32,000 bases of DNA from Candidatus Helarchaeota archaeon (GCA_029838215.1 JALGVI010000018.1:12096-44095), one strand, 5' to 3'. Counted from the first letter of the stretch, positions 8,397-16,553 are shown. Translations and numbers: made by a program. Notes: generated by a model from the sequence alone, not told the origin.

Positions 8397-9248
8397 TTAA
8401 TCCTTTTTTACTAAAATATCGAGAACAACGTGATACACGTGGGGTTTAAAACTTTTCACGCGAACGACTTTCAGCAGTTCAATTTCTCGGTTGTAATCAT
8501 CTGCAACTTGTTGAACCGAGTGAAATAAGGGATTTTCCTCATCAGTATCGCTTAATAAACCTTCATAATGGATGAAAGCATCACCCTCCGTGAGAACTTG
8601 AAAAGCAACGGGCAGTGCATCTTTGGGCGCGGGGAGAATTCCCATTATAACGCGATCGGCGATATTACCAATCTTTGGAGCTTCAATCTTGCAATCTCCA
8701 AGAATTGGCGTTATTTTATCGTCTAATTTGTTTAATTTGATGTTTCTCTTTAAATAATAGTAGGATGTCGGATTGATTTCAAATGCATAGACTTGCTCGG
8801 GATTCGCAAACCGGGCGATGTTCAAACTGAAATACCCTATTCCTGCAAAAAAATCAAAAACTATTTCACCATCTCGTACCAATTCGGGGATTCTTCTGCG
8901 CTCATTTATATTTCCCTTGCTAAACATGATTTTTGCACAATCAAATTCATATATCGTGCCATGCTCCTTGTGTTGCGTCTCTGTTGAATCACCGATTAAT
9001 AATTCCACTTGTGGCATGCGGTGTTGTCCCGTGATTTCCCCCACGTTTAAACAAACTGTCTTGCAATTCGAAATTAATTTTTTAACTTGGCTTGCAATGG
9101 CTTGTTTTTTTACCCATAATTTCTTATCTAAGTTTAAAATCACGACAGAGCCCACTTGTTGGTAGCCCTTCGGAAGGATAGACAATTCATCTTGAGCTAG
9201 AACATTTCGTAGATTCTGACGAAGTTTTTCCCGGAATGTTTGCTTCAT
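8397..9248 (-). CDS. Trm5/Taw2 (Met-10+) family tRNA methyltransferase / wyosine-pathway transferase
   Basis: SAM-binding motif VFDFFAGIGYFSLNIA, then AFEINP and RVIMGILP. At 283 aa it lacks the long N-terminal D1 domain of full-length aTrm5. The start overlaps the upstream gene stop by 4 nt. Confidence 0.8.
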   Translation of the reverse strand: MKQTFREKLRQNLRNVLAQDELSILPKGYQQVGSVVILNLDKKLWVKKQAIASQVKKLISNCKTVCLNVGEITGQHRMPQVELLIGDSTETQHKEHGTIYEFDCAKIMFSKGNINERRRIPELVRDGEIVFDFFAGIGYFSLNIARFANPEQVYAFEINPTSYYYLKRNIKLNKLDDKITPILGDCKIEAPKIGNIADRVIMGILPAPKDALPVAFQVLTEGDAFIHYEGLLSDTDEENPLFHSVQQVADDYNREIELLKVVRVKSFKPHVYHVVLDILVKKD

Positions 9249-9730
9249 TTGTGAAGAAGCCTTCCTCTAACATCTATTTCCTTCTTCCGAACTCGCGTGG
9301 AAGATATCGGCTTGCCATCTTCTGCAAGGACCATGTCGACTTCGATGAATTTTAATGGAAAAAGATTTCGTTTTTTCCGAATCGCATTGATTTTTTCTTC
9401 CATGTGGCTGGTTTCCTTGCTAACAACTATCGCTTCAAGCCCTGCATCCTCTATTGCGGGTCCAAAAGCATCGGTTAACATTACTATTTCGAATCGTTCG
9501 TCATAACCCTGCGATTTCAAGTAATTTATCATGTTTTCCTTTCTGATCTCAAATGATGGTATGAGATGCTTTAATTTTTTAGAAACGAGCATTTCATCGC
9601 TGGTCAAGCCAATCATTACACGCTCACTTTGTTCAAAAGCAATGCGGATCAGGGTCTGATGTCCTTGATGAAGGTCTGCGAAGGTTCCCGAACAACCAAC
9701 TAATTTAAATTTTGGCGAGGTTAACACCAA
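9245..9730 (-). CDS. Archaeal-type phosphopantetheine adenylyltransferase (cytidylyltransferase superfamily)
   Basis: Nucleotidyltransferase motif GTFADLHQGH (GxFxxxHxGH) and C-terminal ISSTRVR motif. Size about 160 aa. TTG start directly abuts the stop of the upstream gene. Confidence 0.8.
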   Translation of the reverse strand: MVLTSPKFKLVGCSGTFADLHQGHQTLIRIAFEQSERVMIGLTSDEMLVSKKLKHLIPSFEIRKENMINYLKSQGYDERFEIVMLTDAFGPAIEDAGLEAIVVSKETSHMEEKINAIRKKRNLFPLKFIEVDMVLAEDGKPISSTRVRKKEIDVRGRLLHK

Positions 9731-10885
9731 CTACGTGCTTGATTCAGATGGAACTGATGTTGGACGGAGTTTTGTTTTCAGGGGTTTTTCTAATTTTGTA
9801 TCAAAAATCCTAAATACGATGAGACTTGACCCGCATTTATTGCACTTTTCGTCTTCAATTTTGTAAATGTAGTCGCCCTCCTTGAACTCGCGGATTTGGC
9901 TGAAATTACATTCTGTATTCTCACAATGTACCTGAACTTGTGTTTCATGCTCAATTTTGCGTTTTATGACCTTACTTTTAATTTTAGGAGGCTTTTCTGC
10001 ATGTTTTTTCTTTTGAAGGACTTCGACGACTTGCTTTATCATTAATGGTGCACCGCATTTCTCACAAGTCTCCTGAAGCTGTTTCATCATGTAATCGCCT
10101 TCCTGAAATTCTCGAGTTGTTTCAAAACTGCAATGTTTTTCGCTCGTACAAGCAAGGACCGTTCTTGAAACTCTTTGATGTTTCGGTTTTTTAATCGGAA
10201 TTGATTTTATCTTTGCGTATTTCGCCTCTTTTTTGACCAATGGTTCTGATTCTTTTAAAATGTGATCCGAAATTTCGAGAATCTTCATTTGTTGTCCGCA
10301 TTGTGAACAGGTTTGCTCCACGGGCTTGAAAATATAGTCCGATTCTTCATGTGCACGTGAAATTTTTTCATCACATTCGTGGTTTAAGCAACCAATTACG
10401 GTTTCGGTTCGGTATTTTTTCCGTTGCTTGAATTTTCCAACACGAAATTTTTCATAATCGGGAGGTTTTGGGGGCTTTTTTAAGGGAGTATGAACGATTG
10501 CGGAAATGTAATAAGGTTGATTGCATTGAATACATGTTTCATCTAATTCCTTGAAAACGTGATCGCCTTTTTTGAAATCCCTGATGATGATTTCTTCGCA
10601 AGAAGATGGTGAACTGCATTTCAAAATTGAAAATGTTTCTCGCTTGATTACCAATTTTCTTGTTCCGAGAAACGACATCACGAATATCCCTGCCATCATG
10701 AGAATAAAACCAACTGATAGCAAGGCTCCTGAAATAATAGCGCTAATTTCTTGAGGGATGCCAAAAAATTGTGTTGGATTCAGGTAAAAAGAAAGCAAGA
10801 GCATGATTGCTCCTGTAACGACGATTATGAAACCGATCGTTTGAAAAAGTTTTGAAGCCTTTGTTAGTTCGCCTTCTTCGCTCAT
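9731..10885 (-). CDS. Membrane-anchored protein with four tandem zinc-ribbon repeats
   Basis: Two N-terminal TM helices (about residues 15-34 and 47-72). Then four units of about 78 aa, each C-x4/5-C ... (F)xEGDY ... C-x2-C-G. The Cys residues are 90/96/118/121, 166/171/193/196, 246/252/274/277 and 321/326/348/351. The units are separated by Lys/Pro-rich linkers. Confidence 0.75.
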   Translation of the reverse strand: MSEEGELTKASKLFQTIGFIIVVTGAIMLLLSFYLNPTQFFGIPQEISAIISGALLSVGFILMMAGIFVMSFLGTRKLVIKRETFSILKCSSPSSCEEIIIRDFKKGDHVFKELDETCIQCNQPYYISAIVHTPLKKPPKPPDYEKFRVGKFKQRKKYRTETVIGCLNHECDEKISRAHEESDYIFKPVEQTCSQCGQQMKILEISDHILKESEPLVKKEAKYAKIKSIPIKKPKHQRVSRTVLACTSEKHCSFETTREFQEGDYMMKQLQETCEKCGAPLMIKQVVEVLQKKKHAEKPPKIKSKVIKRKIEHETQVQVHCENTECNFSQIREFKEGDYIYKIEDEKCNKCGSSLIVFRIFDTKLEKPLKTKLRPTSVPSESST

Positions 10886-12042
10886 GAACCCACACCAATG
10901 GTGTTACCGACTCCACAGATTATGATGGAATCTCCTTCTTTTGTCCGTTTAATGATGCCTTCTTTTATTAATTCTATCGCAACAGGAACTGCGTCAGCTA
11001 TCTCTTTTTTCATTGGACCGTAAGCATCTTCTTCTGATTCTTTAATGACGTATCCATCCATGGGTATCTTGTACTTCGTGCCACCCTCTTCAATCTTGAA
11101 CTTTTCTACACCAGGTCCGCCAATAACTGCTCCCACGCCTTCTATTACATCGCCTGTTTTCTCACCTTCAAGCTTTAAGCCCGCATCAACCATGAAAAGT
11201 CTCGAAATCTTACCTTCATGTTCATCGAGTAGTTTCTTAATGGCTTCACCAGGCTTGCCAACGGTACCACCGGGACCTCTTGCCCTTATTAAATAGGCAT
11301 GACGTCCTTCAATGTCTATTTCCGCAATATCGGTATCTTCAACATAATCTTTTATGATTTTGGAATTTGAATCCTTATATTGATGGAAAAATGAAGCAGT
11401 AACGAGCGGTCCAATGCCATCTCCAATGGGTTTTCCAACCGAAAAAGCCTTTAATGCTTCCATGATGGCATTAGCAATTTTCATAATGAGGGCAAGTTGC
11501 ATTTGGATCTGCATGATGACCATGATTGAATTAGTTTTTTTCCCTAAGATGTAATAATGCCGCACGATCCTGTAAATCAAGTTGAGAGAAACGGCTGCTT
11601 CTAGCGTGCTCTCAATATTTTCTCGTTCCACGCGGCTAGCTTTCGGTGCAATATTTAAAACGTGACTCCGGAACCGGTTCTGGCGCATGTCCAACACGCG
11701 TTCTAAACGCCAAACCACGCCAGCAGGATCTAAACTTACAGGCTGTACCATGAAGAATTCTAAAAGATCTCCAACTGCTGCACGTGGATGAATTTCGGGA
11801 ATGCTGAATTTTTGAATGAGGTTAATTACTATCTCACGTCCCTCATGAGCAAGAGTCTGCAATTTTCCCACGGCTCCTTGAATGGCACGTAAATACGTGT
11901 AACTCTGAATTTTGGTCCCGTAGAACAAAAATGCAATGAAAAACACGTAAAAGCCAATTTGAAAAATCAAATTGATAACTGACATTACTGGGTCTGTCGT
12001 TCCCGTAGATGGTAGAAACAAAACATCTAGCATGTTAATCAC
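10882..12042 (-). CDS. Conserved archaeal membrane-associated protein, DUF1512-like (assignment from memory)
   Basis: N-terminal TM helix (VINLIFQIGFYVFFIAFLFYG). Then a soluble region with Gly-rich segments (RARGPGGTVGKPGEAIKK, GVGAVIGGPGVEKF, IICGVGNTIGVG). The stop overlaps the next gene start (ATGA). Confidence 0.6.
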   Translation of the reverse strand: MINMLDVLFLPSTGTTDPVMSVINLIFQIGFYVFFIAFLFYGTKIQSYTYLRAIQGAVGKLQTLAHEGREIVINLIQKFSIPEIHPRAAVGDLLEFFMVQPVSLDPAGVVWRLERVLDMRQNRFRSHVLNIAPKASRVERENIESTLEAAVSLNLIYRIVRHYYILGKKTNSIMVIMQIQMQLALIMKIANAIMEALKAFSVGKPIGDGIGPLVTASFFHQYKDSNSKIIKDYVEDTDIAEIDIEGRHAYLIRARGPGGTVGKPGEAIKKLLDEHEGKISRLFMVDAGLKLEGEKTGDVIEGVGAVIGGPGVEKFKIEEGGTKYKIPMDGYVIKESEEDAYGPMKKEIADAVPVAIELIKEGIIKRTKEGDSIIICGVGNTIGVGS

Positions 12043-12433
12043 TTAATTCTAATATCATTCCTTATATTATTCATAAATAATGAATTTGGTTCTTTCCTAT
12101 CATTTCCGATAAAAATTCTGTTCATCCAAAAATTGCTAGGAGTGAACTTGATCTAATCATTCAATAAGATTCGTCCTTAAATACTTATCTTTTCAGGTTA
12201 GTCCTTCGTGATGTTAAACTTGCTCATTCTTCTCTTACCACGCGGTCAATTTCCTACGTGTATATTAGGTCCGTTCCAAGGAAACTCGGGATTTTTTTCG
12301 GTGGCATGAATTGATTGATATTCCTGCTTCAATTTTAATTTAATGGAACGATTCTTTGATTATCAACCGTTAAATTTCAGTTAATGAAAAATTTAAAAAT
12401 TGTTATGTCGTTAAATCATTATCGTTAAAGGAA

Positions 12434-12441
12434 TGTTAAAC
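12434..12441 (+). promoter_or_regulatory. Candidate TATA-like box for the 5S locus
   Basis: TGTTAAAC sits about 30 nt upstream of the first paired base of the 5S flanking helix (12472). It is preceded by purine-rich AAAGGAA. It is one of several GTTAAA copies in this spacer. Confidence 0.3.
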
Positions 12442-12471
12442 ACTACTTTAACAGAAGATATTGCTATGTTA

Positions 12472-12623
12472 CCGAGCCGGGCGCCGAATTAAGCCTGGAC
12501 GCGGTCTTGATGGTATTGTTGTGGGCGACCCAACGAGAAGTCTTGATGGCTGTCCTTTCGGGGACGGTCATAGGTCCTGGGAACCATCCGTTCTCATCCC
12601 GAACACGGTAAAGCGCGGCTCGG
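12472..12623 (+). rRNA. 5S rRNA, circularly permuted gene order with flanking clamp helix
   Basis: Loop C / helix III motif CCGUUCUCAUCCCGAACACGG (12588-12608). 5S 5'-end motif ACGGUCAUAGGUCCUGGG (12564-12581). Loop E / helix IV segment GAUGGUAUUGUUGUGGGCGACCCAACGAGAAG (12509-12540, GCGA tetraloop). Helix II 3' strand UUAAGCCUGGAC (12489-12500). All are on the + strand, but the 3' half precedes the 5' half. This is also a local GC-rich island in an AT-rich spacer. Confidence 0.75.
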
Positions 12624-12651
12624 CATCTAACACAATTCAAGCATTGCATCA

Positions 12652-12662
12652 TTTTGTTTTTT
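12652..12662 (+). terminator. Oligo-T tract downstream of the 5S locus
   Basis: TTTTGTTTTTT lies about 30 nt after the flanking helix. Archaeal RNA polymerase terminates at T-runs. Confidence 0.4.
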
Positions 12663-12709
12663 CTCAACTATAAATCTTCATTTCACCAATTATTCCGCGC
12701 TTTTTATGT

Positions 12710-12913
12710 TCATTTTTCCGTGAGGATCTTCTTAAAGCATCGAGCACACGTGAACTTGTTGTCGTGAATAAAAGTATTCATTTCATTCAACGTCCACAAT
12801 TCACAAACGTGACACTTAGCACGAAATCTGGCAAAACTCAAGTATCGCTCTATTCTAATGGTACCATACGGGGTATCCAACGTGTAAGATCGTTTCACTC
12901 TAGGCATCTTCAT
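12710..12913 (-). CDS. Small zinc-ribbon protein (hypothetical)
   Basis: CHVC ... CARC pairs in 67 aa. It starts 15 nt downstream of the preceding co-directional gene. Confidence 0.5.
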   Translation of the reverse strand: MKMPRVKRSYTLDTPYGTIRIERYLSFARFRAKCHVCELWTLNEMNTFIHDNKFTCARCFKKILTEK

Positions 12914-12928
12914 TCAATTTTATCAATT

Positions 12929-13423
12929 TCATCCTAAAATATATCCCAACTTTTTGACAAGGTTTCTTCGTGCTTCTCGTTGAACATCGTTTTCTATTGA
13001 ATCAACTGCCTGTCCATCCACGACTCCGATGATCGCATTTCCCAAGGAAGTTTTTCCGATTATCACTTGAATTGGGTTGGCGGATGCAACGTAAATTCCA
13101 CAAACTCCGGAAACATTACGTAGCGTGGGAAGGACATTCACGGGAAATGCGTCATTCATAAAAGTCACAAAAACATGAGAGGCACCAATCTGTTGAGCAC
13201 TAATGGAAGCCAATTTTCCCAAACGCTCATCATTTGCATTAAATCGAACCAATTTTGGTTCCGCTTCATTCATTGCCACGGCAACTTTAATGCCGGGAAC
13301 CGCGGTCAATAAGTCCCGAAAGATATTATCGACAGTATAGATCGAAAAATTGGCTTGACCAATTATTACTTGATCTCGTGGTTCTTTTTCAATATTAATG
13401 ACTTCAAACTTGATTTCGGACAT
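12929..13423 (-). CDS. Adenosine-specific kinase family protein (PF04008-like, from memory)
   Basis: About 160 aa. The family-typical pattern is VIIGQANF...VPGIKVAVAMNEA.PKLVR...IGASHVFV...FPVNVLP...ASANPIQVII...GVVDG. GGAG lies 7 nt upstream of the ATG. Confidence 0.65.
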   Translation of the reverse strand: MSEIKFEVINIEKEPRDQVIIGQANFSIYTVDNIFRDLLTAVPGIKVAVAMNEAEPKLVRFNANDERLGKLASISAQQIGASHVFVTFMNDAFPVNVLPTLRNVSGVCGIYVASANPIQVIIGKTSLGNAIIGVVDGQAVDSIENDVQREARRNLVKKLGYILG

Positions 13424-13737
13424 GATTCATCTCCTCTTTCTCATTCTCGACTATTCTTTATAGAATCATCGACAAGTACAAGTTAAAAATCTGACTTTTA
13501 AGCTTTCTCAATGCAAGAGCGAAAATCAGTTCACGACTTGACCGATTGCTTGCAAACATAAAAAAAGATCAGGAAAACAAATTGGTTTAAATCGTTTCTA
13601 CATGGATTGCAAAGCTTTCGTAGTTCTTTGGCATCGATCTGATCAAGAACCTTTTCGTCCCAATACATGTTTACATTCTTGAAACGCGAAGCTCAAAAAC
13701 ATGAGTAACATCCTGATACATGTTCAGTTCTTCTTGG

Positions 13738-15726
13738 TTAGTAATAGAATGGTATTAATCGGAGAGCGTGTGCGAAAATCCCTCCTATTAGAAGAGCGAA
13801 ACCAATTTCAACTAACGTTATGATAAATGCTTTTTTATAGCCGTGTTCTCGAACGAGTACTGCGATTGTAGCGATACAAGGAATGTAAAACATGGCAACG
13901 AGACAAAGCGTGATCGCCTGTATGGGAGTTAAAAATGTTGATGCCGGAAGAAGGATTGCCAACTGAACTAAAATTAGTTCTTTCCGCAAGGCGCCTAAAA
14001 TTAGCAAGAAACCAACTTCAATGGGAAGACCTAACCAAAGAACCGTGAGGGGACTGAAAAAGAAATCTATGATTGGCAAAATCGAAAAAATTTCCAAGAT
14101 CTTCACGACAACACCACTTATTATTATGTAAGGAAATGCAATGTAGATGAAATCCTTGGCTCGGAACCACGTTTGCTTGAGAACTACTCGGGCAGATGGT
14201 CTTCTATAAGAGTGCATCTCCATTATGAGTCCTGAAGGTTCTCCAGGGATCGCCTTGAATGCAATTCTTCCGAAAAGAAAAACTATGAGAAGGTTAAAGA
14301 GATAAATGAATGCCGCCCATCCAAAACCAAATAGACCATACGGACCAAGAAGCCCAAGCACCACCACGCTTACAGCCGCGCACGGCACCATCGAAGCTAC
14401 AAATGCCGAAAGCAGTCGTTCCCGATGAGTCTCCATTATTCTGCAGCCGAGGCACCCCGTGACATTACACCCATATCCGAGGATCATTGGAATGAATGCT
14501 TTTCCGTGTAAGCCCACGCGATGCATTAGGTTATCCATTAGAAAAGCAATTCTCGTGAGGTAACCGGAATCCTCTAAGATCGCCAAGATGATGAAGAAAG
14601 GCACGACATACGGAAGCACGATCGTGATGCCACCAAGAAGACCTTCAATTGCAGCCCAAATCAAATCGCCGGTTACCGTGAACGGAACGGTAAAAGAAGG
14701 TGCTGCACTTATTGCACTGGCTGTCAAGAATTCAATTGTAGGTTGTATTCCCACGAAGATATAGTCATCGAAGATGGAAGAGATGACATCTCCAAGCATG
14801 AAGATCGTGAGAAATGTTGCCCCGACAACGAGAATCATGAAAAGGAAACCCCAGACGGGATGTGTTGTTAGTTGCTCGAATTTTTTCATGATGGATTGTC
14901 TCTCGGGTTTCTGAATCGTGATTACGGCGTGAGCAATTCGATTTATCATTGTATATTTCTCAGAAGTCATGACGAGTGCATATGGTTCCCCGTGTATTGC
15001 CTCAAGTTCTTGCGTGTGTGGAACAATTCTTTCCAGAATTTCTGGATTCGTATTTTGCAATTCTTTTATGATTTCAGAATCATTTTCGAGAATTTTAATG
15101 GCTATCCAGCGAGTGGGGTACTTCAAATCAACATCCTTAACCAAATTTGAAACGTGGTTTACCTCTCTTTCAATTTCCTTCCCGAATTTTATTATCGGTG
15201 GCATGACGGGATGTTCTTTAATTTCAATAATTTTATTCACGAGCTCGGTAACCCCCTCTCCAGTTCGGGCGACAGTTTCAATAACGGGAATGCCCAAGAC
15301 ATCCTCAAGCTTCTTCGTATCTATTTTTATTCCTTTTTTCTTTGCAACATCCATTAAATTTAACACGAGAATGAGGGGGCGTCCCAATTCCAACAATTGA
15401 AGCGTAAAAAAGAGATTTCTTTCTAAAACAGACGCGTCAACGACATTTATGACAATATCCGGTTGTTCTAAAGCGATGTACTCCCGCGATACGATCTCTT
15501 CCAAGGAATATGTTGAAAGGGAATAAATACCCGGCAAGTCAATCATCTCAATTCTATAATCCTTGAATATAAAATGACCTTCTGCTTTTGTAACGGTTTT
15601 TCCGGGCCAATTCCCAATGATCTGAGACATTCCCGTAAGCTGATTAAAAATTAGACTCTTTCCCACGTTAGCATTGCCTGCCAAGGCTACTTTTATCCGC
15701 TTATACTCTTTCTCCATTCGGTTCAA
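13738..15726 (-). CDS. feoB: Ferrous iron transporter FeoB
   Basis: N-terminal G-domain (G1 GNANVGKS, G3 DLPG, G4 NLMD) followed by a large polytopic membrane domain with conserved Cys-containing gate motifs. The start overlaps the upstream gene by 26 nt (17 nt if the internal Met is used). Confidence 0.95.
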   Translation of the reverse strand: MNRMEKEYKRIKVALAGNANVGKSLIFNQLTGMSQIIGNWPGKTVTKAEGHFIFKDYRIEMIDLPGIYSLSTYSLEEIVSREYIALEQPDIVINVVDASVLERNLFFTLQLLELGRPLILVLNLMDVAKKKGIKIDTKKLEDVLGIPVIETVARTGEGVTELVNKIIEIKEHPVMPPIIKFGKEIEREVNHVSNLVKDVDLKYPTRWIAIKILENDSEIIKELQNTNPEILERIVPHTQELEAIHGEPYALVMTSEKYTMINRIAHAVITIQKPERQSIMKKFEQLTTHPVWGFLFMILVVGATFLTIFMLGDVISSIFDDYIFVGIQPTIEFLTASAISAAPSFTVPFTVTGDLIWAAIEGLLGGITIVLPYVVPFFIILAILEDSGYLTRIAFLMDNLMHRVGLHGKAFIPMILGYGCNVTGCLGCRIMETHRERLLSAFVASMVPCAAVSVVVLGLLGPYGLFGFGWAAFIYLFNLLIVFLFGRIAFKAIPGEPSGLIMEMHSYRRPSARVVLKQTWFRAKDFIYIAFPYIIISGVVVKILEIFSILPIIDFFFSPLTVLWLGLPIEVGFLLILGALRKELILVQLAILLPASTFLTPIQAITLCLVAMFYIPCIATIAVLVREHGYKKAFIITLVEIGFALLIGGIFAHALRLIPFYY

Positions 15727-16441
15727 CTTCGATCATGACTTTATTGGCAATTGCATGTCCTAATACATAGTGCGTATCTCTCACGAAAATTTCAAGGGCG
15801 CCACCAAACGGACTCGTCCGAACAACAGAAACCGGAGTGCCCTTTGTGAGTCCTAAATGAGTCAATCGTTGTGTCTTGCGCCATCCACAGTGAATTTCAT
15901 GAACTTTACCTTCTTCACCCGGTTTCAACCATGTTAGAGGGATAATTCTTTTACCCGTAATTTTATTTGCAATGAATATTCTCTTTAAGAGAGGACCCCA
16001 ACCTCGACGCCCTCTATGACGAGCAAGATGATTGAGCTCGTGCATGGGATTCACTGCCTTCTTTCCGTGTCTTTTTCGCGATGATGTCATGAACTGTTCT
16101 AGTTTTGTTGCCATTTCATCCGACACGTAATGTTCCAGTTTTTCTGATTCCTCATGTGCTTTTTCTTTATCATAATGCAGGAAATATTTGAGGAAGTCTT
16201 CAAACAATTCATGCTTTTGGTATATCTTTTTTGCAAGTTTCAATCCTTTTTCCGTGAGCTTTATGCCTTTATCATCTCTAACGATGAGTTCTTTTTTTAT
16301 GAGTAGATCCACCACGTCTAAAATTTCATCGCTAATGTTTTCTTTATCCAACATTTTAATATAATCTTCTATTTTAACGTAATCATCCTGTCCCAAGATA
16401 TATATCACTTTGATGTAGTTTTCTATCGTTTCCTGTTCCAT
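15701..16441 (-). CDS. DtxR/MntR-family metal-dependent regulator fused to a C-terminal FeoA domain
   Basis: N-terminal wHTH plus dimerisation helices (IENYIKVIYILGQ ... IYQKHELFEDFL ... AHEESEKLEHYVSDE). C-terminal SH3-like FeoA (LTWLKPGEEGKVHEI ... LTHLGLTKGTPVSVV ... GHAIANKVMIE). GGTG lies 6 nt upstream of the ATG. Confidence 0.85.
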   Translation of the reverse strand: MEQETIENYIKVIYILGQDDYVKIEDYIKMLDKENISDEILDVVDLLIKKELIVRDDKGIKLTEKGLKLAKKIYQKHELFEDFLKYFLHYDKEKAHEESEKLEHYVSDEMATKLEQFMTSSRKRHGKKAVNPMHELNHLARHRGRRGWGPLLKRIFIANKITGKRIIPLTWLKPGEEGKVHEIHCGWRKTQRLTHLGLTKGTPVSVVRTSPFGGALEIFVRDTHYVLGHAIANKVMIEVEPNGERV

Positions 16442-16486
16442 TGTAACACCAAATGAATGATCAATCTCAATTTCGCATCGGAAAAA

Positions 16487-16525
16487 TTAGGGACGCCTAA
16501 CTTTATAAATTTTAGGTTCACCTAA
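16487..16525 (-). promoter_or_regulatory. Two iron-box-like palindromes flanking a TATA-like element
   Basis: TTAGGGACGCCTAA (16487-16500) and TTAGGTTCACCTAA (16512-16525) are both TTAGG-N4-CCTAA, the arms of the DtxR/IdeR operator consensus. They are separated by CTTTATAAATT (16501-16511). The block lies 45-85 nt upstream of the dtxR-feoA start. Confidence 0.5.
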
Positions 16526-16553
16526 TTTATAACCACTCAAAAAATTAATATAA

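Noticed and set aside
12504-12549. 10-nt direct repeat GTCTTGATGG (12504-12513 and 12540-12549) inside the 5S locus, considered as a sign of tandem-copy collapse or misassembly
   Set aside because: The repeat is far too short to represent two gene copies. The sequences on either side differ and map to distinct structural positions (5' and 3' sides of helix V / loop E). It could still be a scar of the rearrangement, so read-level assembly support should be checked.
12461-12673. Two mirror-image ORFs from the track (12461-12673 + and 12464-12667 -) covering the GC-rich island
   Set aside because: They coincide exactly with the 5S rRNA-like sequence. Open frames on both strands of a GC-rich structured RNA in an AT-rich genome are expected by chance, and there is no SD or protein motif.
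13424-13737. Possible small gene in the 314-nt spacer between feoB and the adenosine-kinase-like gene
   Set aside because: The longest minus-strand reading I could derive is about 45 aa (MYWDEKVLDQ...) and ends at a TGA after a T7 run. There is no SD or motif.
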